Of a DNA stretch of 64,000 nt, positions 24,687-36,600 are shown one piece after another. Made by a program: the position numbers and the translations under genes. The notes below the pieces were generated by a model that saw only the letters and a program-made list of their open reading frames with translations, had not been told where the DNA came from and ran no database searches. Position 1 is the first letter of the stretch; each line of letters begins with the position of its first letter. This DNA comes from Haliotis rufescens (taxonomy: Eukaryota): positions 80,910,001-80,974,000 of the forward strand of contig NW_025963779.1 in assembly GCF_023055435.1 (NCBI RefSeq). The letters run 5' to 3'.

Positions 24687-25028
24687 CTGTATCCGACGTA
24701 ATAAGCGCCCTGCTCTAATAAGTGTCCACGGTGATATTTGCTAATATATTGGCTAGTGAACAATCCCAATTAGCACCCCTTCTGATCAATGCACACAAGA
24801 CTTATTTATTCGCGTATAATACGCACTCGTGTGTTATATGCACCCTTAATTATGGGCAATAAAATTCTGGAAAAATATATCTGTTGTATGTAAACATTTC
24901 AGGCTGTCAGCATAAACAACGAAATTTATCTTTCAACTCTGTTTTTTCCCCGCCAAAATAATATTCCAATAAGAGCCTCCTATTTTTAATTTTGAGAGCG
25001 CCCTGGGTGTTTATTATGTCAAACACGG
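24687..25028. mobile_element. Tigger/pogo-type MITE, copy 2
   Basis: Near-identical to 16248-16576. Confidence 0.85.
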
Positions 25029-25114
25029 TAGTTAATGCCTTACATGTGTGAAACCAGACTACTTTATGGAGAGCAAATATTGGTTGGATTCTGGTTCTCG
25101 CTCATTATGTGTAG

Positions 25115-25268
25115 GTGAGTGAGTATGGTTTTACGCCGCTTATAGCAATATTCCAGCAAATATCACAACGGGGGACACCAGAAATGGGCTTCACACATTG
25201 TACCCATGTCGGGAATCAACCTGGGTCTTCAAAGCGAACGCTTTAACCACTAGGCTACCCGACCGCCT
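25115..25268 (-). mobile_element. SINE family A
   Basis: Same family, small internal deletion. Confidence 0.8.
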
Positions 25269-26239
25269 CCATTTTGTGTAAGACATCTTGTAAACACTCA
25301 GATTTGATGTGTGTGATGCATGCATTTTTTTAATACCTTTAAATTTTCATAGTCAGATCAATAATTTACAAAAATGAAGTTACTTGATCCTATCTTAGTT
25401 GTGCTTAAATATCAAATTGGCTTATTAATTATTTCGAGTCAATGGTGTTTCCTGTTCAACACTCCATGAAAACAAGGGTAATTATTGTATCAAGAACACA
25501 GTACCATCAAATCAACATACTGTCCCTGAAATAGAGTTATGTATATAACTTTCAATTTCTAGTATAGGGATAAATATATAAATTGCAATTGATTCCATGG
25601 CATTTCATTGGATAGGGTTTTCTTTTTAACTTTACAACAAACTGGAAAAAAATAGGAATGAGTATAGACTGTTAGTGCTGAGAAGGGGGTGAGAATAGAA
25701 TGGGGGTGATTGTTTGAAAGAGACAGAACAATTAGGCCTAATAGTCATCATGATATAATATTATCCAAAGACGTTTGATTCTTTGTGATTTTCATTTGTT
25801 TAGATCGTTTTCTATTTTTCATTTTCATCGTCGTTTTGACTTTGACACAAATGGCCGTTTTGTGGTTTGACTTGAGTTGACCTGTTGACCCGATTCCGTC
25901 AATAAACAGCTGATAAACATATTTGATTGACAAGGGCGCCTTATAGCGATACACATTATGATAATGAAGTTGACAAAAGCACCATATGTAACTATTGCAC
26001 TTTGCACATATTTTCCACTGAGGTATGATAAATTATCTCATATCCAACTGGGATAACAGTAATTTGTGCAAATTAGTAAGAATAAATTATCTCCCCTCGA
26101 CATACATTTCCTACTTTGCGGGAAATGCACAGTTCGACAGCATGAAAGTAGCATATATTTAGTGCAACGTGATTAATGGGGTAACGTGAAACGAGGATCT
26201 ACATGTCAGTTTCAAGTATTGCAAGAATCAATCACCATA

Positions 26240-26520
26240 CCCAATTTTCACTGGACGTAACCTTGCATTCCTGTCATTAGCAAAGATTCCAAGACAGGAA
26301 GTACTGCCAGAGTTACCTTTCATGAAGTTGAGAAAATAGGAAGCGGTAGTAAAATACCCATGTGTTATGTAATACAAGCGCAAATAATTTACGGTTATGT
26401 TTTTCTTACTATTTCAATTTTAAACGGTACTGTGTTAACGGATACAGAAATAATTTACTGAAACGAGTGTCAGATATAATATATAGTTTATTTCCGGGCG
26501 AAATGGTGGCACAAGAAAAG
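26240..26520. promoter_or_regulatory. Candidate bidirectional promoter between the zinc-finger gene and NAA35
   Basis: Head-to-head gene orientation, ETS-like caggaagt, ggaagcgg and ttccggg motifs, locally more CpG. TSSs not determined. Confidence 0.3.
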
Positions 26521-27231
26521 CATGTTCTTAAAACCCAAACCATTCATCTGGAAGAATGATTTCACGCGCTTTACAGCATTGCAGGCTTGATGACAAACAA
26601 CATTTATTACTTGCCCGTGAAGTAAACCCGTTTAATAAACATACAGCTGTATTACACATTGTGTTATACACATTGTGTAATACCAAAACGCGTGCTTATG
26701 TACTCTCGGAACACGTTTCACGAACAAATCTTGAAAGCTCTCAACATCCCTTGGCTTATTCAACGACATTGCGTGTGGAGATGATAGATCACTGAGAGGA
26801 GCTTATGCACACTCGATGATCCCAGCAACCTTGTTGCTAGGTTGACGTCACATGGCATTGTTTCGCCGAAGGATCTTGCAACAAAATTCCACAAATTACG
26901 TCATCTGGTATTGTGACGTGATTGTAAACTTTGAGGTGCAAGGCCCCGTTCCACAAGGCGATCGTACGGTAGCGCAACGACAGTCGTTGGTCTAAGTTAA
27001 AGTATATGAGTTGCGATAACCTTAACGCTACGATAATTTTGTGGAACGGACGCCTGAATTCTAAAGGTGGATCGTTGGATGGTATTAAATTCATACGTTT
27101 CAACTTTTGACGTATTTGAAGAATTACTGTGTTAAACTCAGTTGGATTATGCCGTGGATCGTGTAGGTGTCAGTCTATTCACACGCAACAGTATAATATT
27201 AAAAACGTTATAAATGGCCAGTAATAAATAA

Positions 27232-27373
27232 AATACTAAACTCGCTCCCGTGTAAAACCAATTTTATGAAACTCGTGAATAGTTGTGGTATCTGACGATC
27301 GAAAGCGAGTCAGATACCACAACTATTCACTCGTTTCATAAAATTGGTATTACACGGGAGCTCGTTTAGTATT
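27232..27373. repeat. Foldback hairpin (MITE-like)
   Basis: gtgaatagttgtggtatctgac...gtcagataccacaactattcac with extended, mostly paired arms. Confidence 0.85.
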
Positions 27374-29816
27374 CTATATTTATGACATTATGTTAATGAC
27401 GTCAGAATATTTATGATGTCACATTGTACCATTGCTGTCCAGTTTCTAGTAGTCACTGATTTTTGTAGAGACACTCGATAACTCCAGCCCTGAAACAAAC
27501 ACAAATACAGTTCACATACAAACCCAGTTACGTCAAACTTGAAAACTACATCGATGATTTAGGTTCAGCGTCATAAACATTAAAAAATATAATCATAATC
27601 TTTGTTGGAACTGTACAAGGCACGATCGCGTAGAAAAGGTTACTCACTGTCAAGAAAACATTTAGAAATAACCTAGATCTACCTACATTTTTTTCATATT
27701 GCCAACTTTCATTACTGCATTCATGTTTGGAATGAATTTTTGAAAATCTAATTTTAGATGTAGTTTTTGTTGTTGTTTTGTTTGATTGTTTGGGGGGGAT
27801 CCTTGAAATAAGCTTACTTGGACTGCTAGATGATCCTCCGAGTTTGTTTCCCCCTTAAATGTAAATGATGTTTAATAACTGTGATTTAAACCATGGCTGG
27901 AGAATATGTTATTCTATACACGCTCGTCAAGGGCACGATAGCAGCAGTAGAACATAGCAGTGATTGTATTGTTTAATGTCTAACAATGCAACCCTTTCTG
28001 AGGTTTTCATAAGTAAGGTATACTGTATTTCTCTTTCCAAGCAAACAGTTCATGATAACAACGAGACATGTGTGAAATATACTTTTGTGCCAAAGGGTAC
28101 AACTTGTGTACAGTAAACTAGGGTGATAAGGCAACACCTTGATCCGTGATTTGCAGTGGTGTTGAAATTGTTCGTGATTTTATATAGACATATCCAGTCT
28201 AGAGTAACATTTATATGGGTTTAGTATGCCTTTCATTGTATATACCGGCGAATGTATATACACATGTACCGGTGTTTGTATTTTGTATTTACGCGGAGGT
28301 GTACCAATACATACACATTAATACATTAAGATAGGGCCATGCATACCTTCATTGTTAGCGAATGTGACTAAATAATACAATTATGGCATAACTTGATCAT
28401 GGCTTATCATTTGTGTTTTCATAGATTTATTGGTTTACCTTTACTAAATGTGTTGTATATGCATTATTCAGATAGACTGACACAAGTTAACCTACTTTAT
28501 TAGATATTACTTTAAATACAACTTGCGTGCTTATGAATTATTATGGATGTGCCCAATCTATACTTCCCTCCAGGAGAAAGGAAACCAAGCTGTGTTTGTT
28601 CAGTATTGCTGTCACCACCTGTGTGCACACTCTGCTGCGATACATCTACCCTGGAATTCCTTGTCCATTTCACAATATAATGACAAGTATACAAATGGAA
28701 CACCTGATATTAATTTTGCACCATTATAAATTCACTTTTGGTAGGTTAAAATCGTGTAATTTCACAGTTGATTATAACCAGGGTGTCGGTCACTTTGTAT
28801 GTAAACACTTTGAATATATATTCAAAATTGTGATAATAAATGATTGTTATGTAAAAGATATGAAGTTCATATGCAGTCGTATGCGTTCGTTGTTTAAAAA
28901 AGTGAATGTTTAGAATGCATGAATATTTTTGTGATAATGTCAAGTGTGACGTGATATGGGAAAAGAAAAGACACACAATTTGACAGAATTTGGGTTTGTT
29001 GGTGATTTCGAAATATCGGTTCGTTGTAGCATTGACATTAATTAAAATATTTAGAGTCTGTGGTTGTGTCACGACCCGGGATCATTCTTTCCTGACCTCG
29101 CCAGGATGACTTTTTGTAATCTGCAAGAAATCCCCTATGTCCGGATTTTAACTGAGCCAAGCTCACAATAGCGTTGTATAGAGCTCGCACCATAGTGCTT
29201 TTAATGGTAAGGCGGTGATCAGAGTTTACGATAAAACATGGCGAGATTGATTCACAACCTGGTTGTTACTACGAACTAACGATCTGCGTCAATCACTAAA
29301 ATAACAAGGTACCTTTGTTTATACAGTCTGTGTCTCTAAGAATAACCACATATGGGATAGATTTCTCACTTATTTGATTCAATAAGATTTTGAAGAAAGA
29401 CTGACTCGGTATGAGACGTTCTAGGTCGTTCATGTTCACGAATGTTTTTGGTTTAGCCTAGTAAGACTAAGATGCGTTGGCCATCAATGGGCTATCTTGC
29501 TAACGAACCTATGAACTTGCATTATCACGTGACTCATATTCATATACAATCATAGAAAATTGTTGATCAGCTTGTTAGTTTAAGGGATAAACAATTTTGC
29601 TTGCATTGCACGGTAGTCATTGGGATCCGACAGCGTCAGCTAAAACAGAGATCAGTCTAGGCCTATATGGTCTCTGGCTAAACACTACAGGTTTCCATTG
29701 TTAAATACTCTGTGCATCGGTCACTCAAAAAACAACCCCAATGACACAGATACCTTGTATTGAAAAAAAGGACAAGCCAATTTTTTGATAGGCCTTTCTT
29801 AGAAGTTGACGGATAA

Positions 29817-29894
29817 CAAAGTAGAGATAATTTATGGATAACAACTTATAACAGTAAATGAAGAAGTTGTTATCCATAAATTATCTCTACTTTG
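29817..29894. repeat. Hairpin with about 31-bp arms
   Basis: caaagtagagataatttatggataacaactt...aagttgttatccataaattatctctactttg. Confidence 0.85.
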
Positions 29895-30635
29895 CCTATT
29901 AAAAAATCGTCAACTGTTACTTTGTTAGTCAATACAGACCTCTGAGATATCAGATATTAAAGCAAAAACAAATCTCGTAGTTTAAGTTACTTTAACCAGT
30001 TAACGCTAATTTTATTATCATTAATTTATCTGTTTACTAACAGTGATGTACATCAGAGACCATATAGTAGATTCTATTACATGATCTCTGTATACATTCA
30101 CAAACATACACACTTTGTCACAATGAGGATGCAGTTGGTGCACCTGGATTTGCACCTGGATGGTCATGGTACCTCAAGACAGGTGTAATTTTCTGTAAAG
30201 TCAGTCCCAACTTGTGTCAATGTTGTCAGTCAGCAGGTCCTGGTCTGTTTGGCTTCATCTCTCAAACACTACAACATGTACAAAGCCAAGGAGTCAGATG
30301 ACTAATTTCTCATTGAAGTACATGTAGTAAATCAGTGTATGCTTATGACATGTATAATAATTTGCAGTGTACATGGTGTACATGAAGTCTGTATGAATGT
30401 GTGTAGGACATGCTTACCCTTTTCTCAAACACCTGGTGTCATCACTGATCTTCAGTGGTCCATTCATATAATTTTCACAGTTAGTTTGCCCTAAAAGAAA
30501 TCTGTTTCGGCAGATAATCAAGACTGGATATTCTCTTGCATTCACATTTTATGTTTACACTGACAGTGTTTCAAGTAATCTTCACAACACTAACCATCAA
30601 CATGTGAAGCCACTCCTTGTGTTACTATTTTCAGA

Positions 30636-33600
30636 ATGGATGGTATTGTGGAGAAAGCAGAGAAACTGACATACAGCTGGAATGATGTTACTCAAGACTT
30701 TGTGGGTGCTGTGTCCGAGTTACAGCTCGGAGAGCTTCTACATGACTCCTCGTAAGCCAAAAAACATTTCTGTCAAAGATTTATCATGATTACAATTGGC
30801 ATTATAAAGTTGGAATACCTTTGTATGATTGAAAATGCCTGAACATGATCATGATTATGATACCTTTTACATTGACATTCTATGTCAAAACATTGTGTTT
30901 TATTCAGCTTTTTCTTCCATATCAAATTGAAGGTGTTTTCAACACATGATTAGGAATGGTTACATCTTCAAAAATAGAAATGGAATATGCACATTATCAA
31001 TGCTATGTAACCATGGGTACACAAAATATAATAGAACAGACCATGTTGCATACTTAAAGTAACTAACTGTTACCATGGATATCATCTAATTCACATACTT
31101 TTTCTAATGAACAGGTTTGGTCTGTTTGAGGCTATGTCTGCCATTGAAATGATGGATCCCAAAATGGATGCTGGCATGATGTGCAACCAGATCCGAAGAA
31201 AAGTGCTCAGTCTTGAACAGGCGGTGGAGGTAGGCACTGTTACAACTACTGGTACCAGTCATAAATGGATATACAATGAAAATGATTCCTTGTTGATTCC
31301 TTGTCAGAATAGATCCCAGTCATCCATTTTTGTAAGGGATACACAAATTGGAAGTCGGTGGCTGATTATGTGTAGTCTGCAATTCTAGCCACGGGTCCAA
31401 TGCCAGAATCTTGTATAATTGATCTTTGTTATATAACTATGTAGTAATAAACAGGATACGGCTAGATAATAACAACCCATATGTAAGGAGTAACATCTAC
31501 TTGGAAGGATTTTGGAAGGACAAAATCGGACTAGTACCCACCTGTATGACATGTAATGCTTTCATTAGCAGTGCTTAGTATCAAGCACCTGTTGACCATG
31601 CTGGTCCATACTTAACTATGGCTGCAGTGCTATGGTTGTAACATTGTGCATCGCCGAATAGGATGTTAGGACCAGGGTTCTGCTAACATCCTTTAAATAG
31701 CATAATTCTTTCCTGAACATGCATTCTGTCTGTATTTTTGTTGCATCCGTGTTTAATTTTTATGAGTATGCTACCAAGGATTTCGTGTCAGGTAATTCCC
31801 TGTTGTGATCCTAGGATCCTTGCATCTGATACTTGACACCAAAGTGTTCAAATGGACCTATAAGAAGAAATACAGTGAAACCCCATTATCATGGTTATAA
31901 CCTTGTTCCAGATGACGGATGCCAGGAATGTCTTTGTAGGATTACAGGGACTTTACTATGTACCCATTTGCCCATGATATGTTATTCTGGAAATTTGTTA
32001 TAATTAACTGAGAATGTAGTGTTCCGGGCGCTATGATCGCTTTGTGGAGCAGATCCCAGGTTTACAGATTTTCAGTTCACATGGCAATATCATGGCGGGA
32101 ACACCAGAAATGGGCTTCACACATTGTTTCCATGTGGGGAATTGAACCTGGATCTTCGGCATGACAAATGAACACTTTAACCACTAGGCTACCTCACCGC
32201 CCCAGTCTACATGAAGGAATGTATGTTCTCATTAAGAGATGTGACTTTATATCTTTAATATTTGATTGAACAATGTTTCATATCATGAATATGGTGACAT
32301 GTTGTCATGTATGTGTGTGTTTTATTGTTTCTTGCATATGTTTCAGGCAGATAGTATAAAGATACAGGACCTGACAATGCCAGAACAGATTGGGATTATG
32401 GACTCAACACTAGCATGCCTGGTAGGAAGTGGCTTGCTTCTTTGTCCCCTTGTTTTGAAATAAGTCCCGTGCTTTAGACTAGGCCAGCCCTGCTATCTCT
32501 TGGAGGAACAGGGTCTGATCCCCACCCGGTAACACATGCCACAATCCTTTCACATCTATCTGCAGGTGCTCTGGCAGGTTTTTTGTTAATGGAGTTCCCC
32601 CCCACACTCTCCCACTTGCCTAAGGAGACAACACATATGCTTCATGTGCTTCAGTGTGGGGCGGAGACCGAAGACCGAGAAGTTCTCAGGAGTCAACCTA
32701 CCGAACACGGACACCCATCCAACTACTGTAATCTCCGCGAGCAACTTTGCTTTTCTTCGTCTGATTAACCTCTCAGACCCCAATAGCATCAATATTAATA
32801 TCAACATACTAAATCCCCTCACTCACTTGACATGTTGTTTTTTCAGGTGACATGGTTGGAGGGCCACTCCTTGGCTCAAACAGTGTTTACGAACCTGTAC
32901 CTCCACGACCCCTACCTCATAGAGGACAGGTGTCTGAAGGCATTCAGCATCTGTAGTCTCAAGATAGTTGACAACATCAGGGAAAAGATCAACAGAGCCA
33001 ATGTGTTTGAAGAGGTGAGTGCAATCTTCAAGTCAAATCCTTGAACAGCAGATTTTGGCAAGTTCATTAAAAGCATTAACATGACATTGGAAAATGAATG
33101 GGAGTGTGTGCTGCAATCTGATTGGTTGTTTCAAACCCCGGAAATGTGGACTATCCACTGTGAATAATTTTCTTGATAAGCTATTTATTTTTCCTCAATC
33201 CCAAATTAGAAACACATGCCATTTGGCTTGAATGAATGGCTTGAATGAATTCCACTGAATTAATTTTTAAGTTTGATCAATATCAATAATGTTTATCAGA
33301 ACAACTTTGATGTTTTTTTTATTTTCTTCACATTCTGCTAACCAGGTGAGTACAGTTATCCAGGAAGCTTGACTTTTTTGTCTGTCTCACGTTGATAGGG
33401 TGTGCTTCAGTAAATGTGGATAACTTTTGTATGTTACAATGTCAATAAACATGTGTTTTTAGTTGCTTTTTTGATTCCAAAAGAAGTTACTGGGCATCAA
33501 TTACTCAGTATAACTCAATATCTGAAAACACATAATTTTTTATTAATCTGCAGCATACAGTCAGTATACCCCAGCTATCTTGCAAATTCAAAATTGTATT

Positions 33601-36600
33601 GCAGGAAGATTTCCAGCCAATGTCGTATGGTTTCAAAATGGCTGCTGAGGTGACAGATGCTCGCACGTCTGGTATGATGAAGGAGGTGGAGGAGGATGTA
33701 AACAGACTTATCAAGGTAATGAGGAACATCGGACATTGTGCAAGAGAAGCGATAGAAGCAAATCAAAAGAAATGATGCTTGTTTGTATGCTGTGTTGACA
33801 AGGCAGATCAGAAGTACTTTATTCAAGTTTGACATTATTTCTTCACAAAAGAATCAGTTTAGCCATTTTGTTCTGTCTGTCATGGGAATACATGTATAGC
33901 TATCAATTATAGCGTGTTTTGAGAGTATGTTGTTAGGATGTTACCTTTGTTATGTATGTGGTTATTTTTGAGTGGTTGTGGTCTAGAGAAGTTAGAGTTG
34001 TGTCCCTTAGCTGCAAGGCTATTTCGGTTGTTGATTGAAATCAAGCTTGTCGTGGGAACACACAAATATGTACCGTATATGACCCCTAATAAGCCGAATT
34101 TTGAGGACCAGAAAAAAGATTCTGTAGAAAGGGGTCGGCTTATCCACGGGACACACTTTCACGATAGTATTTTTCAGATCGTGATCCGACAGAAACATCG
34201 CCTGAATGACGGTCCGATAGATTACAACCCGAAAGTTTGGAATCAAGTTAAAATTATCAATAAAGTTATTATTATACACCAATTTGTCATTAATAAAGTT
34301 ATTATTATACACCAATGTTGTCATTATTAAAAAAATGTTATGCATATTACTACTTACGATAATAAGATTTCAATTGTTTCCAAGTTTATCGTTCTTCATA
34401 AACTCCACAATCTTTACATCTAACAATATATAATTCACAGATGAAATCGCCATAGCTACTACAGGTAGGTACGTTTTGCAAAAATCAAAAATTGATAGTG
34501 AACAAGTATCTACCTTTATTGAAAGGGGCAAATAAACAACTGTAGCGGCGAGTTATTCCGTTCGCCATTTGCAAAAACATGTGATCAGCTGTTTCCTGTG
34601 ACGTCACAGATGGTGACCACTGTGATTGCTTCCTGTTGTTTAAAAAGCAACACGGTACACAAGGAAATGAGCACTGATAATAACGGGCCGATTGGTATTG
34701 TTATGTTGTTTACACAAACACTTTCAAGTTGTGTGTGCTTACCGATCGTGTTGGGAGTAGGGGCTTAATTCTTTTGTTTTCGAGAGATTAGTTTAATAAA
34801 CTGGAGAAGCCTGTGAGTAAGTGATGGTCATTTAATTTAATTTTGTTGTTTTCGAGAGATTAGTTTAATAAACTGGAGAAGCCTGTGAGTAAGTGATGGT
34901 CATTTAATTTGTTCATAGTTTATTTAATTCAATTGGATTAACATACGATAGTGGCGGCAATGTTTGAAGTTGAATTGAAGTAAATTGGTGAGTTACTGCA
35001 TAGGTGTATAGAAGTTGGAATATTTTTATTGACTGGCAATCTCATCATGAGTTCAAAACGAAAACGCCACGCTTACGATGCTGCATTCAAACTGCGGGTC
35101 GTCTCTGTTGCTGAGTCGACAAACAACAGTGCGGCTGCACGACAGTTCGACATCAACGAGAGGCAAGTTAGAAATTGGAGGAAAGAAAAGACGGCACTAA
35201 CAGAAATGCCGAAAACCAAGAAAGCTAGACGGTTTGCTGTAACACCATACAGTAAACTAGAGGATGTCCTGTATGAGTGGATAACAGAACAAAGACAGTC
35301 TGGTTACATGGTAACCAGAAATATGATTCGCCAACGGGCATTGACGGTTTACAAGGCGAAGAAACAGGAATTCGACCTCCCAACAACGTTTAAGGCATCG
35401 TCACACTGGTGTTCAAGGTTTATGAACAGGAGACACCTTACTCTCAGACAGAAGACCCACATCGCCCAGAAGCTGCCTGACCAGGAAAACACAAAAGTGG
35501 ACTTGTTTCATGCCCTTGTCATCAAAGGACGGAAGGCTATGGCCTATGAACTTGGTCAAATCGGCAACATGGACGAGACCCCTTTGAACTTCGATATGCC
35601 AGGCTCCAGAACAGTAGACCACCTGGGTGCCAAGACCATATCGGTGAAGACAACGGGGAACGAGAAACAACATTTTACTGTTGTTTTAACGTGTTTGGCA
35701 GATGGGACGAAACTAAAACCTATGGTTGTTTTCAAAAGAAAGACAATGCCCAAAGACAAGTTTCCGGCTGGAGTTGTTGTCGCAGTACACCAGAAAGGTT
35801 GGATGGACGAAGACCTAGTTAACAGATGGGTAACAGATGTTTGGATGTCCTGGCCGGGTGGCATGAGGGGATGCAAGTCTTTACTTGTATGGGATATGTT
35901 TAGAGCACACCTGTGCCAGAGTGTCAAGAAGAAGTTAACTGAAACAAAGACACACCAAGCAGTAATACCAGGCGGATGTACCTCCCTTCTCCAGCCCCTT
36001 GATGTATGCTTAAACAAGCCATTCAAGACCAACAGTTTATCCCCTGTTGTATGTTTCTGTATGATAAATGTTGTATATTTGTTGTATAAGTGTTGTATAA
36101 CTTTTGTATTCCTCCCCAGATGACCCGCAGTAAGCCCGGCGAAGAGAGAGACTCAGCCACAGAGCATGAGGTAATCTTCAGTATTGCCCAGTATTGTCGA
36201 ATGTATTATCTTTTCTAACACATGTGCAACAATGTTATTCACAAAGCTGATTGGTCAGTTGGAAGTACAAGAAAGCACACATTGTTCGTCACATCACAGT
36301 TGACCAGATTCACATGGGAGTTACCATATAACTTGGGATTTGCTGGCAGGCACAAGATGGGTGTATTATTGTCACACAAACATATATCACAGGAAATAAT
36401 TCTTTGGGAAATTGCAAGCTTGTACTGATAAATTCATTGCATGTGACACCCTTGATCTTTGGCCTGGAGATGTACAATTTCATACAATACATAAATTCCC
36501 ATACACTGCTGTTGAGACACGTAACTCATGGTAAGGCCGTGAAACTGACAGGGAAAACACACTGCTCCATGTGAGCAGGAGTATGGTCACAGGGTTAAAT

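Noticed and set aside
32460-32810. Possible degenerate LINE ORF1 (esterase-like) fragment on the minus strand
   Set aside because: Needs several frameshifts; cannot be supported without a search.
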